The notes under the pieces were generated by a model. It worked only from the letters and a program-made list of their open reading frames with translations, ran no database searches and was not told where the DNA came from. A stretch of DNA of 64,000 nucleotides. It comes from Planctomycetota bacterium (lineage in GTDB: Bacteria; Planctomycetota; UBA1135). Positions 1-10,660 of this stretch are shown one piece after another. The position numbers were made by a program, and so were the translations under genes. The stretch is from positions 15,581 to 79,580 of the forward strand of contig JASFYO010000082.1 in NCBI GenBank assembly GCA_045047305.1, written 5' to 3'. Numbering within the stretch: position 1 is the stretch's first letter; every line of letters begins with the position of its first letter.

Positions 1-2033
1 ACTTGCGCTACGACTTCATCGATGTGTAGTTGTTGCGCAATCGCTTCGGCAGTGCGTTGATGATCTCCGGTAATCATGACCACCTTCAAGCCAAGGCGAT
101 GCAAGGCCTCGATGGCAGCAGGTGTCGTTGCTTTAATCGGATCGGAAACAGCAATGATGGCTGCAAGTGTTCCATCGATCGCAGCATAGAGTGGAGTTTT
201 TCCTTCAGATCCGAGCCGTGCTTCTTCTGCACTAAAAGCGCCAAGATCTAATCCCAGTTGGCGCATAAAGCGATCTGCGCCGATTTCGATCAGCTTTCCT
301 TGAACCGTTGCGCGAACACCCATGCCGGTGACGGACTCAAAGTCTTGAGTCTCATGCACTGCGCTCGCTTCCTCCTTAGCGGCATTCACCAAGGCCTTAG
401 CAATCGGGTGTTCCGACTTGCCTTCCACAGAAGCAACCGCGGAAAGAATTTCCGCACGTTGAAAGCCCGGGGCTAAAACTAAATCAGTGAGCGCTGGTTT
501 GCCTTCGGTCAGGGTTCCGGTTTTATCGAGCGCAACAATTTTGGTTTCCTGCAATGATTGCAAGGCCTCCCCTTTGCGAAACAGAACGCCCATTTCTGCC
601 CCGCGTCCAGTTCCAACCATGATGGAGGTGGGAGTCGCAAGTCCCATCGCGCAGGGGCAAGCCACAATTAAAACGGCAACGGCATTGACTAAACCGAAAG
701 TGAGCGCTGGCTCAGGACCGAATAGTATCCACAGCAGGAAGGTGAGTGCGGCAAGTCCAGTGACTGCAGGGACGAAGCGCATGGTCACTCGATCGACCAG
801 GGCCTGAATTGGGAGCTTGGCGCCTTGAGCGTGCTCCACCATGCGAATGATTTGGGCTAAGACGGTTTCGCCACCGACCGCGGTAGCACGCATGGTGAGG
901 GCCCCGTTTTGGTTGATAGTTCCTCCGACCAATGCTGCATTCACCGATTTCTTTACCGGAATTGGTTCGCCGGTCACCATGGATTCATCTACGAAACTGG
1001 TACCTTCGATGACATCGCCATCGACTGGGATACTTTCGCCGGGCCGGACCTGAAGCTCGTCGCCCGCTTGAACCTCACGGATAGGAGTGTCTACGAACTG
1101 ACCATTGTGCAAAACCCGCGCTGTTTTTGGCTGCATTTTGACGAGGCGCTGAATAGCTTGGGAGGTACGCCCCTTTGCTTTGCTTTCAAAGAAACGACCC
1201 AGCAGGATTAAAGTCACAATGACTGCGGCCGCTTCAAAATATACGTTCACGGTTCCTTCGGGTAGTATTCCAGGGGCGAGAGTCGCTACGACTGAAAATC
1301 CGTATGCCGCGCTAGTGCCGAGAACCACCAATGAATTCATGTCGGGGGTTAGGCGTAGGAGCGAAGGAACCCCTTTGATGAAAAAGCGTCGTCCTGGCCC
1401 GAAGAGAACAGCAGAAGTCAATAATAATTGAATCCACCAGTTATTTTGGGTGCCTAGATTCTCTTCGAGGTAGTGGTGGAATGCAGGGAAGATATGCGCT
1501 CCCATTTCCAGGATGAATACCGGCAAGGTTCCAATCGCAGCCAGCAGAAGGTCTCTTCTTAGGGAAGCCTGTTCTGTGTTTCGGTGCTCCTCTTTTGCTT
1601 CGCTTGCGCCGTCAAGATTGATTTGCAATTCCGAGTCATAGCCAGCTTCTAGAATTGCATTTTGGATGGCTTCGCTTGAGACTTGAGCACTAGCTACAAC
1701 CTGTGCACTTTCTGTGGCCAAATTCACAGCTGCGGATTCCACCCCTGGCACTTGCAGCAAGGAAGCTTCCACTCTACCCACACAGGATGCGCAGGTCATG
1801 CCTTGAATCTGAAACACCCGCGTCACGGGAGTGATGGAGTACCCCGCTTTCTCAACCGCATGATGCAGGGCTTGGATTGGAGTTTCTTGGGTGGTTACAA
1901 CTTCGGCGCTTTCTGTGGCGAGATTCACTCGCGCTTCCAATACTCCAGAAACAGCCTTTAGCTCCTTTTCAATGTGTGCCACACAGGATGCACAAGTCAT
2001 GCCTTGAATGGAAAGTTGGTGGGTTTTGTTCAT
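1..2033 (-). CDS. copA: Heavy-metal (Cu+) translocating P1B-type ATPase, 3' end runs off the window
   Basis: Read manually on the minus strand (absent from the ORF track because the stop lies outside the window). ATG at 2033 gives [24 protein letters not shown]; a second GMTCASC HMA motif lies near 1800, [12 protein letters not shown] at about 635-670 and DKTGTLT at about 507-530. Confidence 0.93.
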   Translation of the reverse strand, partial: MNKTHQLSIQGMTCASCVAHIEKELKAVSGVLEARVNLATESAEVVTTQETPIQALHHAVEKAGYSITPVTRVFQIQGMTCASCVGRVEASLLQVPGVESAAVNLATESAQVVASAQVSSEAIQNAILEAGYDSELQINLDGASEAKEEHRNTEQASLRRDLLLAAIGTLPVFILEMGAHIFPAFHHYLEENLGTQNNWWIQLLLTSAVLFGPGRRFFIKGVPSLLRLTPDMNSLVVLGTSAAYGFSVVATLAPGILPEGTVNVYFEAAAVIVTLILLGRFFESKAKGRTSQAIQRLVKMQPKTARVLHNGQFVDTPIREVQAGDELQVRPGESIPVDGDVIEGTSFVDESMVTGEPIPVKKSVNAALVGGTINQNGALTMRATAVGGETVLAQIIRMVEHAQGAKLPIQALVDRVTMRFVPAVTGLAALTFLLWILFGPEPALTFGLVNAVAVLIVACPCAMGLATPTSIMVGTGRGAEMGVLFRKGEALQSLQETKIVALDKTGTLTEGKPALTDLVLAPGFQRAEILSAVASVEGKSEHPIAKALVNAAKEEASAVHETQDFESVTGMGVRATVQGKLIEIGADRFMRQLGLDLGAFSAEEARLGSEGKTPLYAAIDGTLAAIIAVSDPIKATTPAAIEALHRLGLKVVMITGDHQRTAEAIAQQLHIDEVVAQ

Positions 2034-2048
2034 GGGAATGAGATTTGC

Positions 2049-2600
2049 TTAATGACTATGCATGTGCCCGCCGGAGGGATCTGCGGGTGCACTTTCTTCT
2101 GTTCCATGCTCATGCGAAGCACCTTCTACGGATGCCGGGGATTCCTGCACTCCAAATCCATAGCGGTAGACCAAGGCTGCGCCGCGGTCGCTTCCAAAAA
2201 TTAGAATGGCGGTGAGAGCCACATGTCCAACGGCGAGGATCCAGCGGTTCACTAAGGTCTTCTTATTGGCGAAAGCTAGGACCAAAATGGATAGAGTCAA
2301 TGCCAATCCTCCGACCCAAAGCATGATGTTCCGGTGCTCATGAACTAAATCATGGCCTGGTTTATCGTGCCCGAGTCCATCGGCAGCAAGGTAGCCAGCG
2401 AGAATCGCAACCGCAGCAGACGCAGTGCCAGCCCAAAGCGCCCACCGTGCGGCCGGGGCAACCCATCCGTCTGGATGTTTCCAAGCTAAAAAGTGTAAGC
2501 AACAGGCCAGTGGTAATAAAACTACCGGAAAGTGCACCACCAAAGGGTGGATATTAAGTGCACCATCAAGGCCGGGAAGTAAATTTGCGATCCAATTCAT
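2049..2600 (-). CDS. DUF2231-like membrane protein with His-rich C-terminus
   Basis: HPLVVHFP motif, about 4 TM segments, GAALVYRYGFGV and a His-rich tail; lies within the copper cluster. Confidence 0.75.
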   Translation of the reverse strand: MNWIANLLPGLDGALNIHPLVVHFPVVLLPLACCLHFLAWKHPDGWVAPAARWALWAGTASAAVAILAGYLAADGLGHDKPGHDLVHEHRNIMLWVGGLALTLSILVLAFANKKTLVNRWILAVGHVALTAILIFGSDRGAALVYRYGFGVQESPASVEGASHEHGTEESAPADPSGGHMHSH

Positions 2601-2682
2601 GAATTAAAAACAGGGCTGGGATTTAGCAGGGCGATTGGGTGACCATGAATAAAACACAGCCACCCGTTTCGGCAAAGATTAC

Positions 2683-3552
2683 TTAGTGATCGTGGTCGCC
2701 ATGGCCATCATCGTGGCCGCCAGCGTGATCATCCTTATGAGTATCCATCTTCATTTCGATTCCTTGAGCTTTGTACCAATTAGGCAAGTACTTGTCTGGA
2801 TTCAAAACGAACATCATGGCAGCTTTGTTGCTGCACAAGTAGTAACGCTTGGCGCCAAGAGTTACTGGGAACTCCTTGCTTCCGTTCATGCTGGGCATGA
2901 CAGGGCACTTCATGCTCGCTGGCTCAAGTACCACCTTGTCCTTTTCGAGCTTTGCGAAGTAGCCAGCTGGATCAGCTTTCCATTTCTTTTCACAACCGGA
3001 GCAGCATTGGCCGACGGAAAAACCTTCAATGACAAAACTCGCTTCTGGATCAATGTCTCCACCTTTCACCGCGCACTTTTCTTGTGCGGTGCGGCCTTCC
3101 ATGATATCCAAGTATTTGGCAGGGTCGGCCTTCACCTTTTTAGCGCATTTCTTGCAGCAGGTGTATATGGTCTTGTTGTAGACCTTGACGAAGGTGTCGT
3201 GATCCTCAAGCACTTCACCGGAAACCGGGCAAGTGGTTTGGATGTTTTCTAAAGCTACACCTTGGCTATAGAGTTCGAAGACAGCTTTCTCAGGGTTCGC
3301 TAAAGCTTTCTTTTTGCATTTCTTGCAGCACAAGTAAATGCGATGGCTTTCGTAGTCGACATAGTTATCTTTGTCTTCAAGCTCTTCGCCAGAAATTGGG
3401 CAAGTAGTTTGTGGGCTAAGAGTCGTCGGTACGGTGATTTGTTGCTTGGCCTTGGCGGCCATGTCTGCGGCATGTTCTTCATGTTCGCCGTGTTGAGCGA
3501 AAGCTGGAGTAGCCAGCAGAATCGCAGAGAGAATGATTGAGAAAGGTTTCAT
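2683..3552 (-). CDS. Secreted metal-binding protein with four TRASH/YHS-like repeats and His-rich termini
   Basis: Signal peptide; repeats CPISGE..YLCCKKC, CPVSGE..YTCCKKC, CAVKGG..QCCSGC and CPVMP..YLCS; HGEHEEH at the N-terminus and HDDGHGDHDH at the C-terminus. Confidence 0.8.
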   Translation of the reverse strand: MKPFSIILSAILLATPAFAQHGEHEEHAADMAAKAKQQITVPTTLSPQTTCPISGEELEDKDNYVDYESHRIYLCCKKCKKKALANPEKAVFELYSQGVALENIQTTCPVSGEVLEDHDTFVKVYNKTIYTCCKKCAKKVKADPAKYLDIMEGRTAQEKCAVKGGDIDPEASFVIEGFSVGQCCSGCEKKWKADPAGYFAKLEKDKVVLEPASMKCPVMPSMNGSKEFPVTLGAKRYYLCSNKAAMMFVLNPDKYLPNWYKAQGIEMKMDTHKDDHAGGHDDGHGDHDH

Positions 3553-3554
3553 GT

Positions 3555-6500
3555 TTACTTGTTCTTAGGAATGCGCCGTTCTTCGTTAGCGCTGTAGAGG
3601 ACCGGAACGACGAACATGGTGAGCAAAACAATGCACATGCCGCCGAAACTAGGAATGGCCATCGGCACCATGACATCGGCGCCGCGACCGGTAGAGGTAA
3701 GGACTGGCAGTAACGCCAAAATGGTGGTTGCTGTCGTCATGAGAGCGGGGCCCACTCGGCGTTTGCCTGCGACCACAACCGCTTCACGTACCTCTTGACG
3801 CGTATGCGGTTTCAAGCTCTTAAAGCTTTGCTTGAGGTAGGTGCCCATAATCACGCCATCGTCTGTGGCAATGCCGAACAGAGCTAGGAATCCAACCCAG
3901 ACTGCTACGGAAAGGTTGATGGGGTGCACTTGGAAGAGTTCACGCATGGAGTTTCCGAACAGGTCGAAATCCAAGAACCAATTTTGTCCGTACAGCCACA
4001 GCATGAGGAAGCCACCGGACCAAGCAACAAACACACCGCTAAACACCATGAGGGTGGTCAGGAAAGAGCGGAAGTTCAATTGAAGCACCATGAGGATGAG
4101 AAGCAGGGCGATAGGCAGAACGATGAGCAGGGTTTTTGAGGCCCGTATCTGGCTTTCGTAAGTACCAGCAAACCTATAAGTCACGCCCACTGGCAGTACA
4201 AGGCTGCCATCCTCAATGTGCTTCGTGAGAATCCTCTGCGCTTCTTCGACTACATCCACCTCAGCAAGGTCTGGTTGTTTGTCGAAAGTGACGTAGGCGG
4301 TGAGGAACGTGTCTTCCGTTTTGATGACTTGTGGCCCACGTCGGAAACCGATGTCTGCCACTTGCCCCAAAGGAATGTGCCCGCCTTGAGGGAGGGGTAG
4401 CCAAAGTGCACGCAGATCATCTACATCACCGCGGAGTTCATGTGGGTAACGCACGCGAAGATTAAATCGTTCACGTCCTTCCACCGATTGGGAAACTACC
4501 GTTCCGCCAAAAGCCGTCATCAGGTGAGCCTGTACCGCGGCAACCGTAAGCCCGTAACGTGCCGCATCTTCGCGGCGGATTTCCACTTCAAGATAAGGTT
4601 TACCAATCACTCGGTCAGCAAAAACGGCAGCCGGAACCACGCCTGGCATTTGCTTCAATTCTTTTTCAAGCAGTAGTGCAGCCGATTCTAGTGAAACGAG
4701 ATCGGGAGCGGCGACTTTAATCCCCATGGGAGCACGCATACCACTTTGAAGCATGACCAGTCGCGTTTCGATGGGTTGTAACTTGGGAGCAGAAGTCATT
4801 CCAAGTAATTTTGCGTGGGAAGTAATTTCTTTCCAGATGTCGTCTGGACTTTTGATTTCATCACGCCAATTTCGCACGCGCTCTCCGTCTTCATTGAAGG
4901 AGAATTCTGGCTTGTAGAGAATGACGTTTTCCACCATGGAAATCGGTGCCGGGTCGAGCGCCGTATCGGCACGCCCAATCTTGCCGACCGATGACTCCAC
5001 CTCTGGGATGGATGCAATCGCTTGGTCCAAGAGGCTAATCATTTCGACCGCTTGCTGCATGGATGCGTGAGGCGGCATGGTTGGCATGTAGAGGAAGCTC
5101 CCCTCATCTAGAGAAGGCATAAATTCTTTACCAAATCCAGGAAGAGTTTTAGTGCCTTCGGTCCAGAAGGAAGTGCGATAAACGGAATCGCGCTCCACTC
5201 CGACTTTCTCCAATGTCGTCGGCACAAAGTTAAAGACTTTATCGAATCCAAGCCAGGCACTAGTTCCAAAAAAGACAATGGAAATGGGTATGGAAAGGAA
5301 AAGGAGTTTATGGTTCAAGCACCAGCGCAGAATGCGTCCATACGCCAGGTGAAACAGCCAGAAGAATCCAATCAGGCTGCCCATCGTTAAGGTTACGAAC
5401 AAGTAGTTAGTGGTATCCCGTCCGAGGCCAAGGGGCTGCCAGTAAGAACTTAGGACTCCAATCAGCAACAGTGCAACAATCAAAATCCCTAAGTGGTGAG
5501 GGAGTTTGGTGAAGCGGCCTAAGCGTGGCATCACTATGCCCTTTACCTTGGCCCAGAGCGGCGGGGTAGGCTCGTTGTTATTGCGGAAAAGGAAAACCGC
5601 AAGGGTTGGGATGAGCAACAGAGCTACTACGACGGATGCTCCAAGAGTAAAGGTTTTTGTAAAAGCCAGAGGCTTAAACATTTTGCCTTCAGCTCCGGTC
5701 ATCGCAAATACCGGCAGGAACCCAAGGATGGTCGTGGTGACCGCAGTCATGACGGCACCGCCGACTTCATTTGCAGCGTAGTGAACCGATTGCACTCGAG
5801 TTTCACCTTTCGGTGCCGAGGACAGTCGCTGCACAATGTTTTCTGCCAAAACAATCCCCATGTCGGCAATGGTGCCGATGGCGATGGCGATTCCAGACAA
5901 TGCAACAATGTTTGCATCGATACCAAAAATCTTCATCATTACGAAGGCGCCAAGTACCGTTACCGGAAGGGATAAACCCACCAGCAGCGCGGCACGCAAA
6001 CGTAATAAGAGAAGCAGGATGACGATCATGGTCACCAAAACTTCAAGAGTGAGTGCTTCCTCTAGAGTGAAAAGCGTTTCATGAATCAAACCGGTGCGGT
6101 CGTAAAACGGCACGATGGTGATTTGGCTCACGGTGCCATCGGGCAAGGTGACTTTCGGTAAGCTTGGAGCGATCCGAGCGATTTCGGCCTTCACTTTGTC
6201 CAGGACAGCCAAAGAATTAGTTCCGTAACGAACCGTGACTACTCCACCGACAACCTCGTGCCCGTTTTTGTCCAAAGCACCACGTCGAGGCGCTGGGCCT
6301 AAGGTGACGTGTGCGACATCGGCAACCCGGAGCGGGGTGCCATCGCGTGCACGGATAGGGGAGCTTGCAATGTCTTCTGGACTATCAATCCAACCTTTGC
6401 CGCGGAGGATGTACTCCACACGGTTGAATTCCAGCACGCCAGCGCCAGTTTCTTGGTTCGCGCCACGCACTGCGGTTTGGACTTCCTTCAGGTCTACGTC

Positions 6501-7154
6501 GAAAGCGTGTAGAGCATCAGGATCAACTTCGACCACGTATTCGCGTTCGAAGCCTCCGATGCCAGCGACCTCACTTACCCCGGAGACAGCAGTTAGGGCG
6601 TAGCGCACCGTCCAATCTTGCACCGCACGCAGCTCATCGAGATCGAATCCACCGGTATGGTTGCCGTCGGCATCGCGGCCTTCCAGGGTGTACCAGAAGA
6701 CTTGGCCGAGGCCGGTAGCATCTGGTCCAAGGCCGGGCTGGACTTCACCGGGAAGCGTTCCAGATGGAAGACTATTTAACTTCTCTAGAATTCGCGAGCG
6801 CGACCAATAGAAATCGATATCTTCCTCAAAAATGATGTAGATGGAGCTGAAACCAAAAATGCTATTCGAGCGAATGGTTTTTACTCCGGGAACACCTAAA
6901 AGCGCAACCGTAAGCGGGTAGGTGATTTGATCTTCAACATCGCGCGGCGAGTTACCAGGCCATGGAGTGAAGACGATTTGTTGATTTTCGCCAAGGTCTG
7001 GAATGGCGTCGGCAGCAACCGGAAAGTGCGGCAAAAAGCCTTCTTCTTCCGCGCTGGAGAAGGGTGAGACGATAAGTCCACCGACTGCAATGCCAATTAA
7101 GAGCAGGCATACGAGCATGCGCTCGCGTAAAACGAAGTTTAGGAAACGATCCAT
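3555..7154 (-). CDS. cusA: CusA/CzcA-family heavy-metal RND efflux permease
   Basis: DAIPDLGENQQIVFT, LGPDATGLGQVFWY, GKEFMPSLDEGSFLYMP and GFLALFGIATDDGVIM motifs; 1199 aa. Confidence 0.95.
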   Translation of the reverse strand: MDRFLNFVLRERMLVCLLLIGIAVGGLIVSPFSSAEEEGFLPHFPVAADAIPDLGENQQIVFTPWPGNSPRDVEDQITYPLTVALLGVPGVKTIRSNSIFGFSSIYIIFEEDIDFYWSRSRILEKLNSLPSGTLPGEVQPGLGPDATGLGQVFWYTLEGRDADGNHTGGFDLDELRAVQDWTVRYALTAVSGVSEVAGIGGFEREYVVEVDPDALHAFDVDLKEVQTAVRGANQETGAGVLEFNRVEYILRGKGWIDSPEDIASSPIRARDGTPLRVADVAHVTLGPAPRRGALDKNGHEVVGGVVTVRYGTNSLAVLDKVKAEIARIAPSLPKVTLPDGTVSQITIVPFYDRTGLIHETLFTLEEALTLEVLVTMIVILLLLLRLRAALLVGLSLPVTVLGAFVMMKIFGIDANIVALSGIAIAIGTIADMGIVLAENIVQRLSSAPKGETRVQSVHYAANEVGGAVMTAVTTTILGFLPVFAMTGAEGKMFKPLAFTKTFTLGASVVVALLLIPTLAVFLFRNNNEPTPPLWAKVKGIVMPRLGRFTKLPHHLGILIVALLLIGVLSSYWQPLGLGRDTTNYLFVTLTMGSLIGFFWLFHLAYGRILRWCLNHKLLFLSIPISIVFFGTSAWLGFDKVFNFVPTTLEKVGVERDSVYRTSFWTEGTKTLPGFGKEFMPSLDEGSFLYMPTMPPHASMQQAVEMISLLDQAIASIPEVESSVGKIGRADTALDPAPISMVENVILYKPEFSFNEDGERVRNWRDEIKSPDDIWKEITSHAKLLGMTSAPKLQPIETRLVMLQSGMRAPMGIKVAAPDLVSLESAALLLEKELKQMPGVVPAAVFADRVIGKPYLEVEIRREDAARYGLTVAAVQAHLMTAFGGTVVSQSVEGRERFNLRVRYPHELRGDVDDLRALWLPLPQGGHIPLGQVADIGFRRGPQVIKTEDTFLTAYVTFDKQPDLAEVDVVEEAQRILTKHIEDGSLVLPVGVTYRFAGTYESQIRASKTLLIVLPIALLLILMVLQLNFRSFLTTLMVFSGVFVAWSGGFLMLWLYGQNWFLDFDLFGNSMRELFQVHPINLSVAVWVGFLALFGIATDDGVIMGTYLKQSFKSLKPHTRQEVREAVVVAGKRRVGPALMTTATTILALLPVLTSTGRGADVMVPMAIPSFGGMCIVLLTMFVVPVLYSANEERRIPKNK

Positions 7155-7163
7155 GCTTTTGGC

Positions 7164-9215
7164 CTACTGCTTGTCGAAGCCGGAAATGGCATTAGTTTCG
7201 TCGCCGCACTTCAACATGCTGGCTCCGTAGTATGGATTCCGAGTGGGATCTCCTTTGAAGTCAATCCAGTCAGCGCCATCGCCCATTGCCATCGGGCAAT
7301 GAAAAACCGACAGCTCTCGTTTCAGACCGGAGTATCCGAAACGGGTGCTCAGCTCCACCGAAGGCGCTAGCAGTTTGCTGAAGGCGGCCCGTAGTGGTTC
7401 GATTTCCGTGGTGGCCGCAGCCTCTGTCGTTGCTTGTTGGAGCGCCTGCAGCGGCTTGGATGCAGACTTTGGTGCACCGGTCTGGTTCATTGCGTTGAGC
7501 GTAGTTTGCAAAGCCAGCGTGGCATCTTTTGCAGCTTTCAAATCGTCGCTGGCAAGAGCATCACCAAAATCAGCAAGGTTCATCAATAAGCTGCCATTGA
7601 GCGTTTTGAATTCGACACTTGCTTGTTCCTCCTCCATATCCATTTGCGAATGGTCGCTGGCTGGCATGTCGTTCATTCCAGAATTTCCAGCGGCAGGGGG
7701 ACCACCCATGCCTGGCATGCCAGCGTGCCCACCGCCTGCGCCACCTCCGTTGGGTGCCATCATGGAAGGCTTGCCGCGCAGTTGGAGTTCGCTGTCGATA
7801 GTGAAGGCCCCGCGCGAAACGATGAGCTCACCTTCTTCGAGCCCTTCTTTCACAACAAAGAATTCTCCTGCACGCGGGCCGAGCACAATGTCACGGGTTT
7901 CAAAAATGGTTGCCTCGTGCAGTGAGGATCCGGGAATCTCTACGAAGACAATTGCGCGGTCTCCGGTTAACAGCGGAGCTGAGACAGGAATCAGTAAAGG
8001 AAGCTCAGAACTCTCTTTTTCACCGGCAAAGCCTAGACTTTCGGTGGTTTCTAAATCCATGTCGCATATAGGGCATTGGCCGGGAGCGTCAACAATGATT
8101 TCTGGATGCATGGGGCACATCCACATTCCGCTGAGATCCACCGGTGAAGGTTGTCCGGTTCCAACTACCATGGTTTGTACTTTGACTCGTGCAAACATTT
8201 CAGGGCGCAGCTTGCCATCGGCGTTGTCAACATCGACGCGCAAGTGAACGGTTCGGGTTATTGGATCTAAGACAGGGTCGATAAAGGTGATGACGCCGCG
8301 GAAGGTGTCTCCCGGCCATGCGTCGACCTCAAAAATGACATCCTGTCCGTAGCGCATCCAAGGCATGTCGGATTCATAGGCATCAATCTCGAGCCAAAGA
8401 TGATTGAGATCGGCGATGGTGTAAAGGGGATCGCCCTCCTTTACATACTGGCCTTCGACCGCATTGCGATGAATCACCGTTCCCCCCATGGGTGCCGATA
8501 GGGTGATTTGCTCAGACGGTTCTCCTAGGTCGACAATCTCCTGCATTTGTTCCTCAGTGATTCCGTATAAAGCAAGCTTCTTGCGCGCGGCAACCACGGT
8601 GGAATGAGATATTTTCTGCAGCGACTCATCGCTTTGCATGCCGAAGCGTTTTGCCGATTCCACTGCAACAATGAGCTCTTCTTGCGCATGAAACAACTGT
8701 GGCGAATAGATTTCAGCCATGTGATCGCCAGCACGCACCTTCAGTCCAGTGTAGTCCACGTATAGACGGTCGAGGCGCCCTCCAACCCAAGCCGAGAGGA
8801 CGGCCAGGGCAGTTTCGTCAATAGCGAGCTTGCCCACAAGCCGTACCGTATGCGCGATTTCGCGCCTTTGGACCGGGGTGGTTCGAATGCCTGCTATCGC
8901 TTTCTGACCTTCCTCTAAGCGGAGAGTGCGCGGTCCATCGTGGCTACTTGCAGCGCCGCTTTCTAGAGGAATCAAAGTCATTCCACAGATGGGACAGTTA
9001 CCCGGTTTATGGGCCTTAATCGATGGATGCATGGAGCAAGTCCAAAGTTCCGGGGCTTGGGCTGGGGAGGAATCGGAAGCGGCTGCGGTGTGATCATGAG
9101 AATCACTGGCGGGCATGCTGTCCATGGGAGTAAAGCACTTCCCAATGAGCAATCCAAGGAATAACACCACCACAAGGGTGCTTAGGCGGGGTAAAAACTT
9201 GAGCAAATGATTCAT
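7164..9215 (-). CDS. cusB: CusB-family membrane fusion protein with two heavy-metal-binding domains and a C-terminal DUF3347-like domain
   Basis: WTCSMHP..CPICGM and WMCPMHP..CPICDM motifs, MFP core, Met-rich linker, CPMA..NPYYG..MLKCG at the C-terminus. Confidence 0.92.
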   Translation of the reverse strand: MNHLLKFLPRLSTLVVVLFLGLLIGKCFTPMDSMPASDSHDHTAAASDSSPAQAPELWTCSMHPSIKAHKPGNCPICGMTLIPLESGAASSHDGPRTLRLEEGQKAIAGIRTTPVQRREIAHTVRLVGKLAIDETALAVLSAWVGGRLDRLYVDYTGLKVRAGDHMAEIYSPQLFHAQEELIVAVESAKRFGMQSDESLQKISHSTVVAARKKLALYGITEEQMQEIVDLGEPSEQITLSAPMGGTVIHRNAVEGQYVKEGDPLYTIADLNHLWLEIDAYESDMPWMRYGQDVIFEVDAWPGDTFRGVITFIDPVLDPITRTVHLRVDVDNADGKLRPEMFARVKVQTMVVGTGQPSPVDLSGMWMCPMHPEIIVDAPGQCPICDMDLETTESLGFAGEKESSELPLLIPVSAPLLTGDRAIVFVEIPGSSLHEATIFETRDIVLGPRAGEFFVVKEGLEEGELIVSRGAFTIDSELQLRGKPSMMAPNGGGAGGGHAGMPGMGGPPAAGNSGMNDMPASDHSQMDMEEEQASVEFKTLNGSLLMNLADFGDALASDDLKAAKDATLALQTTLNAMNQTGAPKSASKPLQALQQATTEAAATTEIEPLRAAFSKLLAPSVELSTRFGYSGLKRELSVFHCPMAMGDGADWIDFKGDPTRNPYYGASMLKCGDETNAISGFDKQ

Positions 9216-10597
9216 CGTTCTAGGTTTTCTTGGAGCAAGAGGTCGGCGGACAACAGACCGTTCAGGTCAGCAAAGGCAAGAGCAGCATCGGCAGTGGCGC
9301 GTGCGGCAGAAAGGCGAAAGTCGAGCATGATGCGGGCGGCATCAAGCATGTCTTGAAAAGCAGCCTGCCCAGATTGGTAGGCAACTAGAGTGGTTTCATA
9401 AGTTTGTTCCGCTAGTGGAAGTAACTTTTCTTCAAATAGTCGCACCCGGCGTAAAGCATCTTCGTGAGCAGAGAGGGCTTGCTGTAACGTGGCCAGCAAC
9501 TCCCATTGGCGCGACTCGATTTGGGCAATGACACTGCGTTGCAATGCTAGAGCTTGGCGTCTTCCGCCTTGAATCCGGCCTTGGCCCAAGGGCAGTTCAA
9601 TTGCCAGGGTCAGGGCGATGGCGTCATCACCAGAGTCGATTTGGGTCGGATTTCCATCCCCAATCCAGGTCCATGCAGCCCCAACGGAAAGATCCGGACG
9701 CTGCTCCAAATCGGCCATGCGTTGCGATTCTTGAGCCGCTAAGAGTTGCGCACGTAGTTGTTGCAAATCTGGTGATTCGGTTAACAGGCGGGTCGTCAAG
9801 GTGCTTTCTGAAGCCAGTTCTGGAAGCGGAGCGAATTCAAGTGCACCCCAATCGGTGGGCCCAGTGGCAGGAGCACCAATGGCTGCTTCGAGCGCGGCAA
9901 GCAGTGGATCCTCGCGCTCTAATAGGGTGTCGAGACGGTCGTTCATTTCTAAACGCTCGACCTGAGTGCGGAGGACATCGGCCTGGGAAACTTGTGAAGC
10001 TTCATATAGGCGCAAACTTACATCCTCAATGTGGTGCAATAGAGAGACTTGACCCGCGGTGATCTCCTCAGCTTTTTGGAGGTAGATCCGCTCCGCCCAG
10101 CTGCGCAAAAATGCGCGACGTACGGCTAGTCGAGAGATTTCAATTTGGTTGCGTGCAACTTCTGCAAGTGCAGAGGCTTGATCTCCGGCGGCATCTAGCT
10201 TTCCAGGCCATGGAATTTTTTGGGTGAAACCAATATTTGCATCCATCGGGCCAGTGCGGGTTTCAACCGATTGCACATAGCCGGTCAAGCTTAGCCAGGG
10301 GTCGGGGAGCGCAGTAACTTGAGGCACGCGCTCTAAGGCTGCTTGCCATTTCTGGTAAGCAAAACGCACTTTAGGACTCGCGGTAATGGCGCGCACAAGG
10401 AGGTCATCCGTGCTTTCCTGGGGAGACCAAGGTGCGTTTGCGCTTGGATTACCGGGCTCTTTGTCCTCCGTTTGTGCAACGCGAGGCATGACCTGGGAAC
10501 GTTCCGCATAGTCTTCAGCGGAAGAGGAGGGATTACTTTGGCAGCCAATGAGTAGGCTGCAGAGCAAAGCAGTGCTTACGAATTTTGGGGAGTGCAT
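9212..10597 (-). CDS. TolC/CusC-family outer-membrane efflux lipoprotein
   Basis: Lipobox LIGC, ALPDP and QKIPWPGKL motifs, helical repeats; ATGA overlap with cusB. Confidence 0.9.
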   Translation of the reverse strand: MHSPKFVSTALLCSLLIGCQSNPSSSAEDYAERSQVMPRVAQTEDKEPGNPSANAPWSPQESTDDLLVRAITASPKVRFAYQKWQAALERVPQVTALPDPWLSLTGYVQSVETRTGPMDANIGFTQKIPWPGKLDAAGDQASALAEVARNQIEISRLAVRRAFLRSWAERIYLQKAEEITAGQVSLLHHIEDVSLRLYEASQVSQADVLRTQVERLEMNDRLDTLLEREDPLLAALEAAIGAPATGPTDWGALEFAPLPELASESTLTTRLLTESPDLQQLRAQLLAAQESQRMADLEQRPDLSVGAAWTWIGDGNPTQIDSGDDAIALTLAIELPLGQGRIQGGRRQALALQRSVIAQIESRQWELLATLQQALSAHEDALRRVRLFEEKLLPLAEQTYETTLVAYQSGQAAFQDMLDAARIMLDFRLSAARATADAALAFADLNGLLSADLLLQENLER

Positions 10598-10660
10598 GTT
10601 TTCATCAATTGAGTTGGTTACAAGATTCCGGCCATGCCGGATAAAGAAAATCTTGTGAAC

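Noticed and set aside
7345..8247. 300-aa plus-strand ORF, and similar antisense ORFs over cusA, the fad genes and the kinases
   Set aside because: Shadow of well-supported minus-strand genes; Ser/Pro-rich, non-protein-like composition.
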